Made by a program: the position numbers and the translations under genes. A stretch of 60,887 nt of DNA from a virus. Taxonomy: Duplodnaviria > Caudoviricetes. Where the stretch lies: IMG/VR virus record IMGVR_UViG_3300042476_000233, positions 1-60,887 of that record. One strand, written 5' to 3'. The stretch's first letter is position 1; each line of letters opens with the position of its first letter. A model generated the notes under the pieces. That model was not told the DNA's origin, did not search any database, and saw only the letters and a list, made by a program, of their open reading frames with translations. Positions 55,241 to 60,887 of this stretch are shown piece by piece.

Positions 55241-56604
55241 ACACCCATGTTGTAGATTGCCAGATCAGCCAGACCGGCGGGCTTGTCTCGATATTCGACG
55301 TCTTCCACCGCGCCGCCCTTGGCGAACAGCCCCAGACCCTTGGCCGCGATGCCCGCACCTGCAAGCTGGCCCAGCATAGAAGGCGGCTGCTGATACACAG
55401 CCGCGCCAGTCTGCGACAGGGGCGCGCCGCGCAGGATGTCGGACATGAAGCCCAACTGCTTGTACGGGTAGTTTTGGTAGTTCAGGAAGTCTTGGTACTG
55501 AGCGCCCAAGATGTTCTGCGCCTGTTGCTGTTGAAGGCCCCCATATTGCTGTTGCAACTGGTTGATCGCCATGTTCTGACCGAACTGGCTCTGGCCCAAC
55601 TGACCCAGTTGACCGGCGGCACCCATCGCTGCCTGAAGACCCTGAAGCCCCAGACCGGCGCCATACTGACGTGACTGCTCGCCAAGCTGCGCAGCGGCTT
55701 GACCGTACTGAGCGCCAAGACCTGCCTGTTGCATCAGGTTGCCGTAGCCAAACTGACGCGACTGCTCAGCCTGCTGCTGTGCTTGCATCTGGGCTTGCTG
55801 ATTGGCCAGTTGTGCTTGCAACCCCTGCTGTGCGCCCAGTTGCTGTACACCAAGCGCCGCACCCAAGTTCTGGCCGCCAACCGTAATGCCTGCTTGCTGA
55901 TTGGCCAACTGTGCTTGGAGACGCGCCTGCTGCTCAGCGTTGAACTGCTGCTGTGCTTGCTGATAAGCCTGTTGCAATCCGCGAGACTGGATGTCTCCCA
56001 TTTGCGTGCCCAAATTCCGTGCACGTTCGGCTTCAACAATCGCCTGACGAGAACCACCAAATGCGCCTGCCCGAGCAAACCTGCCCGCTTCTTGCTGGCC
56101 TGCAATTGCGGACTGTCGCGCAGCTTCTCGCTTCTCGATATCCACCACATTCTGCATGTATGGGGACATGAAGGACTCAGCAGACCCAGGGCGGGCAAAG
56201 GACTGCGTGCGCACACGCTCAGCAGGCCCCATCTGGAAGGTGGACAAGTCCCTGGCCGCAACGCTAGGCGCGGTGAACGCCGTAGGTTGATACGCGCCGG
56301 GAGCGCGGTAGAAGTTGGAAAACTGTCCCGGCTGATACTGGTTGTAGGCCAGAGCCTGAAGACCGGCGGTACCGGCAAGGGCTGACGCGTCGCGCAACTG
56401 CGGCGCTGCCTCCATCGCTTGAGCGCCCGTGAACGCCTGCTGCTGCAGAGGGGTGAATTGCGCAAAACGCTCACCCTGGTACTGCATGTACGGGTCTTCA
56501 AACATCGCCTCCGCACGGCCAAGCAGTCGCTCGGCATAAGGCGCAATAACTGGCGCAAAGCCAGTCTGGTACTCGGTAACTTGGGTCGGTACGGGATTAG
56601 CCAT
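55237..56604 (-). CDS. Gln/Ala/Gly-rich DNA ejection (pilot) protein
   Basis: FMSPYMQNVV, GAFGGSRQAI, AQLANQQA repeats. Confidence 0.75.
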   Translation of the reverse strand: MANPVPTQVTEYQTGFAPVIAPYAERLLGRAEAMFEDPYMQYQGERFAQFTPLQQQAFTGAQAMEAAPQLRDASALAGTAGLQALAYNQYQPGQFSNFYRAPGAYQPTAFTAPSVAARDLSTFQMGPAERVRTQSFARPGSAESFMSPYMQNVVDIEKREAARQSAIAGQQEAGRFARAGAFGGSRQAIVEAERARNLGTQMGDIQSRGLQQAYQQAQQQFNAEQQARLQAQLANQQAGITVGGQNLGAALGVQQLGAQQGLQAQLANQQAQMQAQQQAEQSRQFGYGNLMQQAGLGAQYGQAAAQLGEQSRQYGAGLGLQGLQAAMGAAGQLGQLGQSQFGQNMAINQLQQQYGGLQQQQAQNILGAQYQDFLNYQNYPYKQLGFMSDILRGAPLSQTGAAVYQQPPSMLGQLAGAGIAAKGLGLFAKGGAVEDVEYRDKPAGLADLAIYNMGV

Positions 56605-56613
56605 GATGCGTCC

Positions 56614-59600
56614 TTATGCGGGGAGGTACTTGTCGGCGCGGGTGTTCTTAGCCACCTTACCCTTACCGGTTGTCTTAGCGCGGGCGCGCTGCACCCGGTC
56701 CATCATTGCATACAGCTTGCGTGCACCGGCTTCGGTAGACCCATTCCCTATTTCACTCACAATCCTCGCCGGGATCACAAACTCACCATCGGCCAGTCGC
56801 GCGGGTTGACGGTTGCCAATAGTTGCCGGGATGCTGTCAGAGACGCCATCACCAGGGCCGCGCAGCAGGCGCCCACCATCGGAGTAGCCGCCGAGGTTGA
56901 ATTGGCCACCCCGAGCAGCACCGGCTGCAATAGCCGCAAGCCCGCCTTTGCGCATGCCCGCCAACAAGTCTAATTCTTCATCAGTGTAGTTGGGGCCACC
57001 AGCATCGTATTCAGAATCAAACGGGCCAAAGTCTTCAGCCGCACGCGCTATCTCCAGTTGGCGCTGGAGATAGGCTTCTTCTTGATCTCGCAAAATGTCA
57101 CGCTGAATCTGCTCGACGTTAAGCACGTCTTCTACTTCGGCTCGACTCGCATTCAGCGCCGCCTCGTTGGCCAGCAGTTCGCGCATAGCGGCATCTGTGT
57201 AGAACCCGCGATCCACCACAGGCACTTTGCTTGCGTCTTGCGTACCAAACAAGAAGTCCGTGATGGGGGTGCCGCTGAGTGCGGTGTACTCAGTACCGGT
57301 TTCTGGATTGATGCGTGTTGTACCGCCGGTTGTGGTGCCGCCGGTTGTGGTGCCACCAACAGTAGAACCGCCAACAAGCCTTGCGCCTGCGCCACCTCCG
57401 GTCATACCGCCGCCCGTAACGCTGCTGGCCACACCGCCGCCTGTGGTCGTGGTGCCTCCGGTAGTAGTACCACCTGTGGTTGTCTTTGTTTCGCTAGTAT
57501 CGGCGCCCTGTGCAGTCTGACGTGAAGGCGCAGGAGGAACATAGCGGCGAATTGCGCTTTCACGCGCCGCGCCACCAACAACTTCGCTGTAAGGACGCAT
57601 CAGCGCCCCACCGCCAGGAACAAACGGCGTAGCAGAGTACGGACCCCGACCCATCAGGTAGTCGTAAGCACTCTTGCTGCCGCCGGTCAACATGTTAAAC
57701 CGGCGCTCGTTGACGGCAGCGCGCAGTTGGTAATCCGGCACGCCGTTGGCGCGGCCCCAAGCGGTGATCTCCGTGGCCGTCGCGTTCGGGTTGTTTGCCA
57801 AGTAGGCTTGCAGGTCATTAACCACCGCGTTCTGCGTCATCGGGCGCTCGTTCGGGCCGAGACGCGTAACCGTGGGCATCTCCGTAGCACCACCACCCTG
57901 CTCGTATGCCGTGCGCACCTGCTCCATAGTTTGAGGAGTGAACTGCGTAGCAGGAGCCAGCGTCGGCGTAGTCGGCGCAAAGTCGGGTAGCCCTGGCAGT
58001 GGCGCCGGAGTGACGGTTGTGCCAGTGTCGGTGCCGGTAAACGTGGGGGATACAGCGGTAACGGGAGCAGGGCGGGTTATGTTGTTAGCCCGCATAAAGT
58101 CAGCTACGTTCTGCGCACTGAACGACTTGCCGTAGGTTTCATTTACTAGGTTGGCGATTTGCTGGTCACTCAGACCTTGGGCTACACCGCTTCTTGCAAT
58201 ACCGATAGCTGCGGCTTGCGGGTCTTTAAGGATGCTCTGCTGTGCGGCGAGTTGACCAGCGGTGGGTGTGGCCAGTTGCGTCGGGTCTACATTGACACCG
58301 ATGTTGGAGCCAATGCTTTGAATCTGCCGCTTAATCTCCGGCATGCCCAAGTCAGTGTTTGCCCAATAACTGAGTCCTTCCCGCTCGGCCTCACGCCCCA
58401 ACACATCCCTATAAATCTGGTTGATTTCCTTTTCACGATCCGTCTGCGGAGTGGCGGCGGCGTAGTTGTACCCAGGACCGGCGGTGCCGGAAATAACGGT
58501 CTGACCCCCAGGTTGTCCTGCGGCTACGGCGTTAAGCCCAAGATAGTTGGGCAGTGTGTTTGCGGGCGTAGCAAACTGTTGTGTAGTTGCGGCTGTACGG
58601 GCGGCGTCAATTTGTTGAGCCAGTGCAGGGTTGGCCGCACGAGTCTGGTTGACTACATCGGTGAAAGACCCCAAGCCCTGCTTCATCCAGTAGTTGATGG
58701 CCTCTTCGTTGGGGTTAAGCTCCGCGCCGGGATTAGCTCTGTAGGCTTGCAGCACCTGCTCGCGGGTAGCACCGCCGTCAGCAAGCGCCACGATGCCGCC
58801 GCCTGCCATGCCTCCAGGCGGTTGTTCTTCTTGCTGTGCGGGTGCAGCAGACGCTGTGTTAACAGGCATCGCCGGGTAGGTCGGCTGCGCCGTCCACCGC
58901 TTGGTGAACGGATCAAACTTGTAGGGGCGGATGGTGCCTTGATACTGGCCACCCGGCATTGGCGTGGACGTCTGCACGGCCTGATCGGCCATAACTGGAA
59001 GCGCCGCAGCCATACCGGCTTTGTAAAGACCGGAAGCGCCGCCAACACCTTGAAGCGCCGCAGTACGCCCAATGTCAGAACCAAGTGCAGAAATACCTGC
59101 GCCCGCCCGCTCAAAAATACCTTTGCTTAGGTAATCTTTGGTAGCTTGCTCAGCCAACAAGTTCTTGTAGCCTTGTTCAGACAAGCCCTCAAATGCCGCA
59201 CGACCGGCAATTTGCTCCGCAGTTAGGCCACTAACAGCGTTTTGTTGTGCCGCCGCCATGCCTGCCGACTGAAGACCTGCGCCAAGACTGGCGCCACCAT
59301 AAGCGCCCAGACCGGCCATGATGCCCTTCTGCAGACTGCCGGTGGCCAGAGCCGTCGCACCACCGACCAGTGCCCCCGCGCCCAGCGCGCTGCTGACCAC
59401 GCCGAATCCGGCAGGGCCAAGGGCAAAACCCGCGATCATGGGCAGTGCCGACTTGAGCAGCTTCTTGAACGAGAAGGCTTCCGGCAGACCCGTGTGGGGG
59501 TTGATCGTCATGGTGATTCCATGACTCAGGCCAAGCGCCTGCAGACCCGCAACTTCGCTGGGGGCCATGTGCACCAGCATCGAGTCGCCGTTGCGACCCT

Positions 59601-59637
59601 TGGACGCCATGTGGTTGGCTAGTACGGCAAGGCTCAT
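56614..59637 (-). CDS. large internal virion protein
   Basis: 1007 aa; GRNGDSMLVHM...INPHTGLPEA start; GPGDGVSDSIPA...LADGEFVIPA end. Confidence 0.75.
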   Translation of the reverse strand: MSLAVLANHMASKGRNGDSMLVHMAPSEVAGLQALGLSHGITMTINPHTGLPEAFSFKKLLKSALPMIAGFALGPAGFGVVSSALGAGALVGGATALATGSLQKGIMAGLGAYGGASLGAGLQSAGMAAAQQNAVSGLTAEQIAGRAAFEGLSEQGYKNLLAEQATKDYLSKGIFERAGAGISALGSDIGRTAALQGVGGASGLYKAGMAAALPVMADQAVQTSTPMPGGQYQGTIRPYKFDPFTKRWTAQPTYPAMPVNTASAAPAQQEEQPPGGMAGGGIVALADGGATREQVLQAYRANPGAELNPNEEAINYWMKQGLGSFTDVVNQTRAANPALAQQIDAARTAATTQQFATPANTLPNYLGLNAVAAGQPGGQTVISGTAGPGYNYAAATPQTDREKEINQIYRDVLGREAEREGLSYWANTDLGMPEIKRQIQSIGSNIGVNVDPTQLATPTAGQLAAQQSILKDPQAAAIGIARSGVAQGLSDQQIANLVNETYGKSFSAQNVADFMRANNITRPAPVTAVSPTFTGTDTGTTVTPAPLPGLPDFAPTTPTLAPATQFTPQTMEQVRTAYEQGGGATEMPTVTRLGPNERPMTQNAVVNDLQAYLANNPNATATEITAWGRANGVPDYQLRAAVNERRFNMLTGGSKSAYDYLMGRGPYSATPFVPGGGALMRPYSEVVGGAARESAIRRYVPPAPSRQTAQGADTSETKTTTGGTTTGGTTTTGGGVASSVTGGGMTGGGAGARLVGGSTVGGTTTGGTTTGGTTRINPETGTEYTALSGTPITDFLFGTQDASKVPVVDRGFYTDAAMRELLANEAALNASRAEVEDVLNVEQIQRDILRDQEEAYLQRQLEIARAAEDFGPFDSEYDAGGPNYTDEELDLLAGMRKGGLAAIAAGAARGGQFNLGGYSDGGRLLRGPGDGVSDSIPATIGNRQPARLADGEFVIPARIVSEIGNGSTEAGARKLYAMMDRVQRARAKTTGKGKVAKNTRADKYLPA

Positions 59638-59684
59638 GTGCGCCCCTTGGAATTGATTGGGTTCATTTTAGGTCGTTTGGGTGC

Positions 59685-60887
59685 TTAGCGGCTAATCTCT
59701 TCCCAGTCCAGAGAGCCAAGCACCTGATCCCCGTTGGATGCCGCCGTGCAAGCAAGCGTCAGTTCATACGCAGTGGCGGTGAACGGATCGCGCTCCAGTT
59801 GAGAAGCGAACAACGCTTCCTTCAAAATGTCCACGCTATTGGAACCCTGATTGGAGCCCTGAAAGAAACCCGTTGCCAGAATCCGACCGGTGCCCACGGT
59901 GAACGCCGTGCCGGTGATGTTGTACTCAACTGCGGAGTTTGTGCCTGCACTGACCCAAGTGCCGCCCGTTGTGGTGCCAGACGCCACAACTTCCCACTTG
60001 TAGTTGGCGTTGTTGGTAATGCCCAAAATAGATATAGCCGTCAGGATGGCAATCGCGTCAAGGCGGGCTGTCTTCAAACGAATCGACACTACAGGGTAGA
60101 ACGTCCCGGCAGTGGTCAGTGTGCGGGGACTTGTGATGGTGTTACCGGCAGACAACTGCGCACCGCGCAACTCGTAGCCGCCTTCAGAAATCACGGTCGA
60201 GCACACCTGTTTGAGCGTACTTGCGCCGGTGGTCGCCGCCATATTGGTCATCTCATACCGCAGCGGCAAAGAAGCGGTGGTGATGTAGGTCGTGGTGATA
60301 AGGTTGGCGTGGTCAAAGTTGTGGCACGGAACAAATGTCCCGTTGATGATGAACCCGGTGCGAACCGTACCGAGGCCAAGCCACTCAACATCAATGTACA
60401 AAATCTGCGCCTTGGAGGAGTCCAGTGTCAGGCCAGACGGGCCGGTGCCGTCCAGTGGGTCTTGATTCCAATCTGCCTGCGCCACACGGGTGTTGATCGG
60501 AGCGCCTGTCACGCTGCTGCGCTCGACCATGTAGTTGTTTGAGCCTTCGCGTTCAAAGTAAATGCCGTTGGCCGCACCGTAATAGCCCGCACGTTGGCGC
60601 AGGTTGGCCTTGGCAGTGCCAAACACAAACGTGTTCATCACCAACAGGCTCTTACCCGGCTGATACGAAAAGACTTTGATGGTTTCCCGAATGATCTGGT
60701 CGCCACTGGCCGAGCCAACCGTCAGGTCCATCAGACCTTCATTGGCGTTAAACGTTGCCGCTGCGGTGCCGGTTATGCTGTTGACCCACAGGTTGTTGTC
60801 CGCATAGCGGTGGGATGAGTCGAACAAGGTCAGCGGGTTGCTGACCCGCAGCCGCCCAAAGGCGTCTACGTTGGTGCCGCCGATGGA
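59685..60887 (-). CDS. beta-rich virion structural protein, 5'-truncated by window edge
   Basis: Frame stays open to the edge (SIGGTNVDAFGRLRVSNPLTLFDS...); YQPGKS and EWLGLGTVR motifs. Confidence 0.75.
   Translation of the reverse strand, partial: SIGGTNVDAFGRLRVSNPLTLFDSSHRYADNNLWVNSITGTAAATFNANEGLMDLTVGSASGDQIIRETIKVFSYQPGKSLLVMNTFVFGTAKANLRQRAGYYGAANGIYFEREGSNNYMVERSSVTGAPINTRVAQADWNQDPLDGTGPSGLTLDSSKAQILYIDVEWLGLGTVRTGFIINGTFVPCHNFDHANLITTTYITTASLPLRYEMTNMAATTGASTLKQVCSTVISEGGYELRGAQLSAGNTITSPRTLTTAGTFYPVVSIRLKTARLDAIAILTAISILGITNNANYKWEVVASGTTTGGTWVSAGTNSAVEYNITGTAFTVGTGRILATGFFQGSNQGSNSVDILKEALFASQLERDPFTATAYELTLACTAASNGDQVLGSLDWEEISR

Noticed and set aside
1-60887. Integrase, att site, tRNA genes and endolysin
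   Set aside because: None recognised. The window is truncated at the right edge, so they could lie outside it and lifestyle cannot be assigned.

Overview
The window is most of a GC-rich, podovirus-like tailed phage genome. Two minus-strand virion modules flank a plus-strand early/replication module. The left module (20-22.9 kb) holds terminase, portal, GroES-like chaperonin, scaffold, major capsid, adaptors and tail fibres. The right module (44.7-60.9 kb) holds ejection proteins, including a 2820-aa polyvalent protein and a GH73 muramidase fusion. The middle module (23.3-44.7 kb) holds small early genes, gp88-like, DUF932, VRR-NUC, family-A DNA polymerase, Cas4-like nuclease, HNH, SNF2 helicase, SSB and primase-helicase. 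No integrase, tRNA or canonical CRISPR array was seen, and the last gene runs off the window edge. The standout is a three-part locus at 30767-32424: a solo RAMP/Cas7-like gene, then a 519-bp non-coding array of ten units (each GGCA plus 8-11 GGY-NN pentamers with variable NN), then a conserved accessory gene. This is a candidate RNA-guided system with a non-contiguous guide code. Other signals include a putative sRNA antisense to the phage's own AGGAGAAAGC ribosome-binding motif, four palindromic operators, a 59-bp inverted repeat with IHF-like sites (probable origin), structured intergenic RNAs, and a recurring [MFYL]xxGG motif in virion proteins. All family calls come from motif recognition by eye; no database search was run.
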